IMG/VR virus record: IMGVR_UViG_3300047288_000038
Location: 1-25,581 of that record
Length of the DNA: 25,581 bases
Direction: 5' to 3' (one strand)
Origin: a virus
Taxonomy: Duplodnaviria; Caudoviricetes
Shown here piece by piece: positions 8,425-15,696 of this stretch. Numbering within the stretch: position 1 is the stretch's first letter; the number at the start of each line of letters is the position of its first letter. The notes under the pieces were generated by a model. The model was not told the DNA's origin. It did no database searches and worked only from the letters and a program-made list of their open reading frames with translations. Position numbers and translations under genes: made by a program.

Positions 8425-8460
8425 AAAGGGCGGTCACGCATGTCCAGGGACGTGACCGCC
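8422..8460 (-). terminator. Intrinsic terminator at the convergence of the two gene blocks
   Basis: 10-bp stem GGCGGTCACG (8429-8438)/CGTGACCGCC (8451-8460), followed on the - strand by CTTTTT. Confidence 0.65.
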
Positions 8461-8488
8461 AAACCGCGGAGGAGACGGCCGCGGGGCG

Positions 8489-9025
8489 TTATTTCTTGTT
8501 GAGGCTAAACTTGTCGAGTGATCGGAAGCCGAGGTAAGCAGCAGCGGGAGCGATAAGAACCATAGCCAAGTCCCATGACGCACCATGTCCGAAGACGTTT
8601 GTTGCTTTAAGGCCTTCGAAGACGATCACATACGCCATCGTGGCGTACCAGCTTTGACGTGCCATCATTGGGCGCGTGTGACGGACGTATTCATCGACCG
8701 CGGTATCACCGCCGCGAATGGTTTGTTGCTGCTCAGTGTGTGCAGCTTGTTCGTCCTTAAGGCGCATTTCTTCCATGACGCGAATGTGCTCGCGAATGCT
8801 CGCTTCTTCTTGCACCGAAAGTTCTTTAAGGCGAATCATGGTAGCTGGATCTTGCTGCAAGGCGGCTAGGGCCTTCGCGGGGTCTGTGGTGCCAGTAGCA
8901 CTACCCACAAGCGCAACGCCGGCAGCAACGGCCCCAGGCACGTTCCCAGTCAGCAAACTGCCAACTAATGCAGCTCCCGTCCCCGCATTGTTCTTAAGCC
9001 AACTGCCTACGTCTGTCCAATTCAT
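8489..9025 (-). CDS. Putative holin (3TM-type)
   Basis: ATG 9025 overlaps the endolysin stop (ATGA) after AAGGAG. It has a hydrophobic Gly/Ala N-terminus, a coiled segment, an RP motif, two C-terminal TM segments and a YLGFRSLDK tail. Confidence 0.65.
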   Translation of the reverse strand: MNWTDVGSWLKNNAGTGAALVGSLLTGNVPGAVAAGVALVGSATGTTDPAKALAALQQDPATMIRLKELSVQEEASIREHIRVMEEMRLKDEQAAHTEQQQTIRGGDTAVDEYVRHTRPMMARQSWYATMAYVIVFEGLKATNVFGHGASWDLAMVLIAPAAAYLGFRSLDKFSLNKK

Positions 9026-9405
9026 GCTGGATACTCCTTGTGAGGTAATTGCCAATGAGGGCCGTCCTTGAACTTTTTCCAATCACCGCCCCATTCAACG
9101 GGAATGCTTAGTTCAGCAGAAGCTGCCTTCATAGCGTCCGCGATCTTAAAGTACAAAGGCCAATCCCAGCGAACCTTCCCGCCAACCAGTGCGCCCAGAT
9201 CCACAGCGTGACCAGTAAGGTGTCGGCTGTTCATTGTGGTCGTTGCACCAGCCTTAAGGAGCTCGGCCTGACGTTCCTTCGTGCGAATACCTTCTAACAC
9301 TGTGAAATCAATTTCACTAAGTTGGATCGCACGCTCAACGACCTTAACAAGATCCGAATGAACTTGTTGCAATCGTAGAATGGAAGTCGGGCCGAGTTTG
9401 AACAT
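9022..9405 (-). CDS. Endolysin, M15 family (L-Ala-D-Glu peptidase type)
   Basis: EGIRT..RQ, SRHLTGHAVD, WGGDW and DGPHWQL zinc-peptidase motifs. Confidence 0.9.
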   Translation of the reverse strand: MFKLGPTSILRLQQVHSDLVKVVERAIQLSEIDFTVLEGIRTKERQAELLKAGATTTMNSRHLTGHAVDLGALVGGKVRWDWPLYFKIADAMKAASAELSIPVEWGGDWKKFKDGPHWQLPHKEYPA

Positions 9406-9656
9406 TATTTATCTGCTTTACGGTCTATTTTGTCTTCGATTTTGTCTAGCTTCGCGAAGAGTGCTTTAATGTTATCTTGCAACTCTTCTTTCCGAACATA
9501 GTCACCAGCGACAAGAACTTCGAGTTCACCAACCTTCTGAACTAAGGTCTGGTCAGCTTTTTGCAAGTCTTTCACAGCTTGCCAGACAGCGTTAAGAAGA
9601 AATCCAATTAGGGCGCCGAAGCCCCCTAGCAACCAGTTAATGATGGTTTGATCCAT
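9405..9656 (-). CDS. Small single-TM coiled-coil protein of the lysis module (holin/antiholin-like)
   Basis: N-terminal TM (IINWLLGGFGALIGFLLNAVW) and a charged coiled-coil C-terminus. TAATG overlap with the endolysin. Confidence 0.6.
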   Translation of the reverse strand: MDQTIINWLLGGFGALIGFLLNAVWQAVKDLQKADQTLVQKVGELEVLVAGDYVRKEELQDNIKALFAKLDKIEDKIDRKADK

Positions 9657-9670
9657 TTCTTACGCCTTTC

Positions 9671-10150
9671 TTACAGTTTTGCAGCTTCGACAAACAAATT
9701 GTCGATCTGTTCTTCCGTAAGTGGCAAAGCGGAAGCGATGGATTTAACGAGTGGTGAATAACGCTGAACGTCTTGTGCATACTCCCATTCAATACGAGCA
9801 GCTTCGCCCTCTGTGCCAGGCATTGCAGCGACAGCGTCTGTAACCACAGTGAGCAACCCTGCATTCAATAGCGCAAGGCGTGCCTGGCGCATACTAACGG
9901 TCTGCGGGCCTTCCGGAGGGGGTGCAACGTATTCGGGAAGCTCCGGAGCCACTGCGTCGGGAAAGTTCTTAGCGGTGAAACCGAATCTCTTCACAACACT
10001 TTCGTCTTTGACAGCTTTCCAGACCTTAGCTTCGTCATCTTTTTCCAGACGGTAAAGCGTGCCTTCCAGGGTCTTCATAAAAGCATCATGTTCCGGAGTA
10101 CCCTCTAGGGCATCCAAATCTTCGCGGGTGTTAATTACAACTGACACCAT
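9671..10150 (-). CDS. Two-domain protein; C-terminal part resembles tail-fibre-associated/assembly proteins
   Basis: An N-terminal INTREDLDAL...RFGFT segment, a Pro-rich linker, then SMRQARLAL...IEWEYA...SPLV...LTEEQIDNLF. Overlaps the RT 3' end by 20 nt. Confidence 0.65.
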   Translation of the reverse strand: MVSVVINTREDLDALEGTPEHDAFMKTLEGTLYRLEKDDEAKVWKAVKDESVVKRFGFTAKNFPDAVAPELPEYVAPPPEGPQTVSMRQARLALLNAGLLTVVTDAVAAMPGTEGEAARIEWEYAQDVQRYSPLVKSIASALPLTEEQIDNLFVEAAKL

Positions 10151-11117
10151 ATCGGTTCTCCATCCAATTAAAAAGGTTATTCGAATCTGCCCACTGTACG
10201 TGACCAGACCATGCAGCTAGAAACTTTTGCAGCGACTCTGAATCATCTCGTGTAATATACCTTTGAATCTTTCTTTTTGCACGGATGACGGAATCTTTCC
10301 TCAGTAGTTTGTGAGTGGGCCAAATACGGTATCCAAGGAAGTTAATACCTTGACTGATTGGGCTTACTTGCCACTTACTGATTCGCATACCCAGTTCGTT
10401 AAACGAGAATTCCTGTATGCGATTAAATATACGGTGAAGCTGCTCAGGATCGTCTCCTAGAATAACAACGTCGTCCATATACCGCGCCCAATGACGCTGG
10501 CCCAACTCAAAGTGAATAAGCCTATCCACCGCGCCACCATACACGTTAGCGAATAGTTGGCTGGTAAGACTACCGATAGGCAAACCCTTTCCGGTCTGCG
10601 GAATTATCTCACGCAGAATGTTCAGCGTACCCTGACAGCTAATCTTGCGATCGATCATTCGGTGGAGAACGCTGTGGTCAATGCTTGGAAAAAACTTACT
10701 GAAATCGGTCTTAAGAAAATACTTGCAGCCTGTGCTTCTTAAGCTGGCTTGAATATGTTTGACGCCTGCGTGTGTTCCTTTACCTGTTCGACAAGCAAAC
10801 GTATAAGGCATCAAAGTCTTTTCGAATATGGGTGCGACCACATTGCATGTCGCGTGCTGAACTAATCTGTCTTTGAAATCAAGTGCAGAAATAAGTCGTT
10901 CCTTAGGTTCGAAGATTGTGAATTGGCGGTATTCGCCAATCTTGTATCTTCCCTCCTGGAGTTCTTTCTGTACTTCCAACAAATTAGCTTCGGCGTATTC
11001 TTTGAATTCCAGAAAGCCGAATGTCCCACGCTTACCCTTTGACGTCTTGGTGTAGGCGTCCCGTAAGTTGTCTATGACCACAATCTGGTCGATTAAGTTT
11101 CTATGTTTCTTTGCCAT
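10131..11117 (-). CDS. brt: DGR reverse transcriptase (328 aa)
   Basis: Start MAKKHRNLIDQI at ATG 11117. Motifs FKDRLVQHA, KTDFSKFFPSI, GLPIGSLTSQLFAN (DGR-typical SQ), RYMDD and INFLGY. The track's 535-aa ORF includes 207 upstream codons spanning the spacer, TR and avd. Confidence 0.96.
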   Translation of the reverse strand: MAKKHRNLIDQIVVIDNLRDAYTKTSKGKRGTFGFLEFKEYAEANLLEVQKELQEGRYKIGEYRQFTIFEPKERLISALDFKDRLVQHATCNVVAPIFEKTLMPYTFACRTGKGTHAGVKHIQASLRSTGCKYFLKTDFSKFFPSIDHSVLHRMIDRKISCQGTLNILREIIPQTGKGLPIGSLTSQLFANVYGGAVDRLIHFELGQRHWARYMDDVVILGDDPEQLHRIFNRIQEFSFNELGMRISKWQVSPISQGINFLGYRIWPTHKLLRKDSVIRAKRKIQRYITRDDSESLQKFLAAWSGHVQWADSNNLFNWMENRYGVSCN

Positions 11118-11277
11118 AAAGAAGTTGGCAGCGCCTTTCGATATTTCACTACTCTGCGCTCTACCAAACCGTGTAGAGTGTTTCCCGAAGGAGGACAGAA
11201 CCGGCTGACCACACATTAAATGGTCTGCTCGCAAAGCCTTAGCGTTTGCGAAGCGATAACATTGTGCAGACACAGCA
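11118..11277 (-). ncRNA. IMH* and structured TR-RT spacer of the DGR template RNA
   Basis: 160 nt between TR and the RT start. Hairpins: TCGCAAA/TTTGCGA (11229-11251), TCC-TTCG-GGA on the - strand (11183-11192) and CTCTAC/GTAGAG. Confidence 0.6.
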
Positions 11278-11386
11278 GCCGCGGGCGCCGATGTTGTTGT
11301 TCGAATTCCAAGGATAATTGTTCCAATTCGAGCATCGCGAACCAGAGTTCGACCCGTTGTTCCAGTTGCCCCCAAAGAGCGCAGCA
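11278..11386 (-). repeat. DGR template repeat (TR)
   Basis: 109-nt near-copy of 11800-11908 (offset 522) beginning right after the avd stop. In the VR frame it reads AALFGGNWNNGSNSGSRCSNWNNYPWNSNNNIGARG (11 AAY codons). Confidence 0.97.
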
Positions 11387-11764
11387 TTATTTCCCGGCCT
11401 GCCCTTTGCGTCGCCTTGTCTTTATCCAACTGACCAACGGCTGTCCCACTTCGGCGACCTGCAATTGAGCGGTCTGAAGCTGGTGTGGCGTCATGCAGTG
11501 TATCGAGACAAGGAAGCGCATCCAAAACCGTAGATTCGACAGAGCCGCTTCTACGGAATAGATTTCTGAAACCCGTTTCGACTTGCCAGCCTGATGCAAT
11601 ACCTCGGGAATGCCGAGTAAGCAGGTCAGGAACATATCTCGAGCGATTCCGTGTTTCCGCGGAATGGATTGTGCAATCGGATAAAGGTAAGCGATGACTC
11701 GCTCGTACTTTTCCAGGATTAGCATCTGCTCGAAACATTTAACGGCGTCCGAAACGGGTTCCAT
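11387..11764 (-). CDS. avd: DGR accessory variability determinant (four-helix bundle)
   Basis: 125 aa, basic, lying between target and TR. The sequence MEP...QMLILEKYERVIAYLYPIAQSIPRKHG...LRFWMRFL...EVG...SWI...KGQAGK matches my recollection of BPP-1 Avd. Confidence 0.93.
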   Translation of the reverse strand: MEPVSDAVKCFEQMLILEKYERVIAYLYPIAQSIPRKHGIARDMFLTCLLGIPEVLHQAGKSKRVSEIYSVEAALSNLRFWMRFLVSIHCMTPHQLQTAQLQVAEVGQPLVSWIKTRRRKGQAGK

Positions 11765-11772
11765 TATTTAGA

Positions 11773-13095
11773 TTACTCAAATTTCAGGTGGTCACATACG
11801 CCGCGGGCGCCGACGTCGCTGCCCGAATACCAAGGATAACTGGCCCAAAGCGAGCACCGCGAACCAGAGGACGACCCGTCGCCCCAGAGGCCCCCAAAGA
11901 CCGCAGCAACTAGAGCGATATCGCTGTAGAGATAAAGCGAACCGCGCCCACCGGATACAGCACGCCAGTTCCAAGGTGTAGAAGCCCCGTCTTGGCGGTA
12001 GCTAAACTCATCTCCCCAAGTCCAAAGAACGCCAGTCGCTTGGATAACGCCCCAGCGGGACGTGTAGGCAGCGTTCAGAATTGTGCTGACCTGATCTGTA
12101 CCGACAGAAGACGCTTCAGTAGAGCCATATGCAAGAGCAGAGAATTCGCTATATGTCGGAAGACGTTTGCCATGCGATTTCAGCACTTCAGCAGCTTCCC
12201 ACCAGTTCATAGAAGCATAAGCGTTCGTTCCTGTACCGCCAAACTTCGTCGGAATCTTAGGAGGGCTAGAACCGTCAGCCATTGTGACGTTATATTTTGA
12301 CGTCCCGTTAGTCAAGTGATCAACGCCTGTGAAATAAATGTCAGCCCAGAACCCACCTGCTACCAGCGTCATTCCGCGTGGATCAATTGAAGCTGGACGG
12401 AACTTAAGATCCCAGAAGCTGTATTCGTTAATCTGCGGAGTAGTGTTGCCACCAGTTTGAGCGGCAGCGTTACCGCCCGGGGCGTAGTGGAATCCACCAA
12501 TTTTGCGCCAGTTACCAGCGCCTGGAGGTGATGTAAAGTTTGCACTCGCTTGGATCGTTGCGTCGTCTTTTACCCAGACCGCATAATCGGTTCCGTTTGT
12601 AAGTGCAGGCATCGTGATCGCGGTCACAGTAGTGTATTCCACCGTCTTACCAGCGACGTCAATCTTACACGCTTTAATGGAAGCGGTTCCGTTGCCTGTC
12701 TTTGTAAAAAGAACAGTTTCTGGATCCACTTTATAAAACAGACCGAACTTACCCATCAAGTCAGCGTACTGCTTAGTCGCAGCGCCAAGAGCGAGTGTAG
12801 GGTCTGCGCTTAGAATCAGCGGACCTGTCATTGTGTCGCCTGCGATATCCACTTTGCCGTCGCCTACAAAAGAACTCAGCAAAGCAAGCGTCAAGCTCTT
12901 GTCTTCCGTACCTTGGCGGGTAAGAAGCAAGTCGGTTCCGCTTGTGGTAGAAGCTGCGACAAGATCTGCCAGCGTTACCTTAGTGGCGCCCAGTTTGGAC
13001 GTGATGGTGGCTTCGTTACCAGCAAGCGAAAGGATTGCAGCTTGCTGATCGAGCAGCTGGCGAACCAGTACTTCTTCTGTTGCAGTTAATGACAT
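11773..13095 (-). CDS. mtd: DGR target: tail fibre/receptor-binding protein with Mtd-like C-type-lectin-fold C-terminus
   Basis: VR encodes its last residues (...GARGVCDHLKFE). Mtd-like segments include GGFHYAPG, INEYSFWDLKFRP, FWADIY and HGKRLP. The N-terminal region has the fibre motif GDTMTG...AATKQYAD. Confidence 0.92.
   Translation of the reverse strand: MSLTATEEVLVRQLLDQQAAILSLAGNEATITSKLGATKVTLADLVAASTTSGTDLLLTRQGTEDKSLTLALLSSFVGDGKVDIAGDTMTGPLILSADPTLALGAATKQYADLMGKFGLFYKVDPETVLFTKTGNGTASIKACKIDVAGKTVEYTTVTAITMPALTNGTDYAVWVKDDATIQASANFTSPPGAGNWRKIGGFHYAPGGNAAAQTGGNTTPQINEYSFWDLKFRPASIDPRGMTLVAGGFWADIYFTGVDHLTNGTSKYNVTMADGSSPPKIPTKFGGTGTNAYASMNWWEAAEVLKSHGKRLPTYSEFSALAYGSTEASSVGTDQVSTILNAAYTSRWGVIQATGVLWTWGDEFSYRQDGASTPWNWRAVSGGRGSLYLYSDIALVAAVFGGLWGDGSSSGSRCSLWASYPWYSGSDVGARGVCDHLKFE
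11776..11812 (-). promoter_or_regulatory. G/C element and IMH (initiation of mutagenic homing) at the VR 3' end
   Basis: A 14-nt G/C-only run CGGCGCCCGCGGCG (11812-11799) is followed by TATGTGACCACCTGAAATTTGAG. This diverges from the TR counterpart TGCTGTGTCTGCACAATG. Confidence 0.8.
11800..11908 (-). repeat. DGR variable repeat (VR)
   Basis: Ungapped alignment to TR with 20 mismatches, 19 at TR adenines. Encodes AAVFGGLWGDGSSSGSRCSLWASYPWYSGSDVGARG. Confidence 0.97.
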
Positions 13096-13097
13096 GA

Positions 13098-13541
13098 TTA
13101 CAGTTCTCCAAATTGACGTGAGGTTGCCATAATGACCACATTGGCTCCGCCGCTTACGGGCTGATTACCGCCAACGGTTGCAGTGCCAAGGGTAAGTGTT
13201 GCACTGCTGATCACTTTCAGCGTATGCACGACACCAGCCGCTCCCTTGTACCCAATAGCGACAAGGTACTTATTAGGATCAGCACGATCAAACGCTTCCA
13301 GGCGGATGACGCTTTCTGGTGTAGTAAAAAGACCGACGCCATTTGCATCGGATACTTTGTCGCGGTTGAACAGACGGAACACCTTTTGGAAAAGCCAGTT
13401 CAACCACTGGGCTGGTAAAGGTTGCCCGCGAGCCCCTGCTGTCTCAGGTATAAAACCCGACGTCATTACAGCGTCTGGGGGTTGCCCTACGTTCTGCTGA
13501 CCGTCAGGATAACCGACGTACTGTTCCGCAAACTGAATCAT
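13098..13541 (-). CDS. Putative tail-fibre proximal/adaptor protein
   Basis: The GFIP...QPLPAQWLNWLF segment resembles myophage fibre N-termini. It lies between the baseplate genes and the DGR target. Confidence 0.55.
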   Translation of the reverse strand: MIQFAEQYVGYPDGQQNVGQPPDAVMTSGFIPETAGARGQPLPAQWLNWLFQKVFRLFNRDKVSDANGVGLFTTPESVIRLEAFDRADPNKYLVAIGYKGAAGVVHTLKVISSATLTLGTATVGGNQPVSGGANVVIMATSRQFGEL

Positions 13542-14266
13542 TGAAAGACCCCTGTCAAATTGTCATGGCCGATTGTGGTCAAAGTGTTTGGATTATACAC
13601 AGCGAGCGTCGGACCACCGACGTCTAAATAACCAATCCCGACATCAAGCTCTGCTGGAACAACTCCGCCGAATGTGGATGCACCAGTTGCAATCGCAGAA
13701 GACGTCACTTGGATATCACTACCGTCAGCGGTCAGATAATCCTGTGCATCATTAACGAATAACTCTCCCGGAGCTGGTTCGCGTGAAAAACGGAATGGCT
13801 TATCGGCAAAAGAAACCGCGACAGGAATGTCACTAATTGCAGCGGGTGACAAGTCCTGCATCGCAAGTTGAATCTTTTCATCTACAAAGAAACCGTTCGT
13901 GAAAAGAAGTGTAGTGGCGGGGTACGCTTCCAGGTACTGACAGTCGGTTGGATCGGTCAGGAACTTGAGCCCGCGTATCAGATTCGTTGGCGTCCCCTTA
14001 GAGATATTGACAAACACACGGAACTTAATGGCGGTCCGATATGCGTCATCTGTACGCCCTTGACGAGCTTCGCCGACAATGTATCCGCAGCCGTCAAGCT
14101 GCTTTCCAATAGCAGTATCAATCCAGCGATCGGAAATTAAGCTGTCTGCATTGTCTTCCAGCGTAGTGAGCGGCCCAACGATTGCAGCCATTAGGGCTTT
14201 AATCTTGGGAGAGTTCTCGAATTGACCAGTTAGTCGAGAAACTGCAAGGGTTGCATAATCGAACAT
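13538..14266 (-). CDS. Baseplate protein (DUF2612-like)
   Basis: QFENSPK...IDTAIGKQLDGCGYIVG...DDAYR..IK pattern, following baseplate J. Confidence 0.75.
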   Translation of the reverse strand: MFDYATLAVSRLTGQFENSPKIKALMAAIVGPLTTLEDNADSLISDRWIDTAIGKQLDGCGYIVGEARQGRTDDAYRTAIKFRVFVNISKGTPTNLIRGLKFLTDPTDCQYLEAYPATTLLFTNGFFVDEKIQLAMQDLSPAAISDIPVAVSFADKPFRFSREPAPGELFVNDAQDYLTADGSDIQVTSSAIATGASTFGGVVPAELDVGIGYLDVGGPTLAVYNPNTLTTIGHDNLTGVFQ

Positions 14267-14268
14267 CT

Positions 14269-15696
14269 TTACACCCCGACCACAGTGATTCGCGCTTCGT
14301 CAAACAAAGCAAGCTCCGCACGCGCCACCGATACGTTCAATGTGCTATAAGAAGGCGTGTCCGAGATAAGATTAGTCATTGCAGCTTCCACCGTAATGGA
14401 ACCGATTCCGCTTGTTGCGGAATAGATCGGGCCGTAGAAACGCTGAGTGATAATGTCTTCACCGATGCCAATAGTATCGGCAAACGCTATGACAGCAGTC
14501 TTAATCGCTTGCACGACTTCGGTCGTAAGAACTTCTTCGGGGTTTAGCGTGTTCACACTAACGCGAATCCATGCAAACTTGTCAGCAGGACGCGAAAACT
14601 TACAAATCTGAATATCGCCGTTCTCGTCCAGAACTTGAATACTTGTATTGCCGTAAGTTTCAATTCCAGCGGGTTTAACTTCGAACAACTTATCAGCGAC
14701 CGCTTGATTTGAACCGCCGTCAATTACTGCTTCAAATGAATGCGGAGGAAGATTAAAAGAGTCGATTACGTTTGTTCGGTTTTCATAGATGGAACAATAA
14801 ACAACAGAATCCACTTCTGCAAGCATACGAGAACGAATTGCCTGTGCTGTTGCAGCTCCAGTCACGCGAACGCTGTTGGAGTGTCGGTTGCGAAGTTCTT
14901 CGTCTGTTTCAACAAAACGTCCAGTGGCGCCAGCAACAAGGTTATTCACTTCGTCCCACCCGACAACGGAACTATCCATGCGGGTCAAAGCGTTTGCAGG
15001 CAGTGCATAAGCGCCATTATCCAGGGCGGTAAAAACGACAGGCGTTCCAAGTGTGGTAATGGCGAGCTTGCTATCCACACTGAGCGTGAAGTCGCTATAT
15101 AAATCCGCAGAGCGAAGACGCAACTTACCGCCTTCCGCAGTTGCAAGGAAGTTATTCGCGTCGAATAGTGGCGCCAACCCTGCTGCAATTTCTTCAGCAG
15201 TAGCACTAGCGTCGGACGTATATACAACACTCACACCGTTCGCGATCACTTGATACGTCGCAAGGTTTGTGACCGTATGGGCTTCGATAATTACATCACC
15301 GGAACTTGAGCGACTGATAACGCTGTCTGCCGTGGTGACATATTGTCGATTATCCAGCGAGCGTGCAAGCGCACCAGCGGGGATCAACGTGCTTTCAGTA
15401 CCGTAGCACATAGCGACCACAGTTGTCGGCGTAGCGCCCAGGCGCTCTAGCCCTACAAACGACACCGCGCCGTCTAGCGAAGTACCTTCCGCAGTTGCGG
15501 GATACATGCTGTCATAAGTGTTCTGCAGAGCTTCGTAGGTATCGTCCAGCGCAGCGGAAAAGATACCAATGATTTGACCGACCACAGCATCCGCGTTCGT
15601 ATTGACAGGGCCAAGCGCATCAGTGAAGCGTTTGTCGTAGTCGGTTTTGATTTCGTTTAAGCGGGGACGTTCGAACCCCTGTACGGTTAAGCTCAT
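14269..15696 (-). CDS. Baseplate J-like wedge protein
   Basis: PATAEGTSLD, GRFVETDEELR, LPPHS and KPAGI motifs. Confidence 0.88.
   Translation of the reverse strand: MSLTVQGFERPRLNEIKTDYDKRFTDALGPVNTNADAVVGQIIGIFSAALDDTYEALQNTYDSMYPATAEGTSLDGAVSFVGLERLGATPTTVVAMCYGTESTLIPAGALARSLDNRQYVTTADSVISRSSSGDVIIEAHTVTNLATYQVIANGVSVVYTSDASATAEEIAAGLAPLFDANNFLATAEGGKLRLRSADLYSDFTLSVDSKLAITTLGTPVVFTALDNGAYALPANALTRMDSSVVGWDEVNNLVAGATGRFVETDEELRNRHSNSVRVTGAATAQAIRSRMLAEVDSVVYCSIYENRTNVIDSFNLPPHSFEAVIDGGSNQAVADKLFEVKPAGIETYGNTSIQVLDENGDIQICKFSRPADKFAWIRVSVNTLNPEEVLTTEVVQAIKTAVIAFADTIGIGEDIITQRFYGPIYSATSGIGSITVEAAMTNLISDTPSYSTLNVSVARAELALFDEARITVVGV

Larger units (their letters stand above)
10131..13095 (-). 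mobile_element. Diversity-generating retroelement (target-VR, avd, TR, spacer, RT), BPP-1-type
   Basis: All components are present in BPP-1 order. The TR/VR pair shows adenine-specific mismatches. Confidence 0.97.

Noticed and set aside
8461-8488. GC-rich GCCGCGGGGCG resembling the DGR G/C element (second target?)
   Set aside because: It has no adjacent TR similarity and is intergenic next to a terminator. I found no second VR by eye, though a BLASTN of TR against the whole genome is still needed.
10131-11117. Group II intron, retron or Abi RT
   Set aside because: It has no maturase/endonuclease extension, carries the SQ motif, and lies beside avd and an A-specific TR/VR pair.
11291-11367. 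GTT/AAC trinucleotide periodicity as a microsatellite or CRISPR-like repeat
   Set aside because: It is explained by the AAC/AAT codons of the TR, and there is no repeat-spacer structure.
10131-11738. 535-aa ORF as the true RT
   Set aside because: RT similarity begins at MAKKHRNL (11117). The extension overlaps avd, TR and spacer, so it is kept only as a low-ranked finding.
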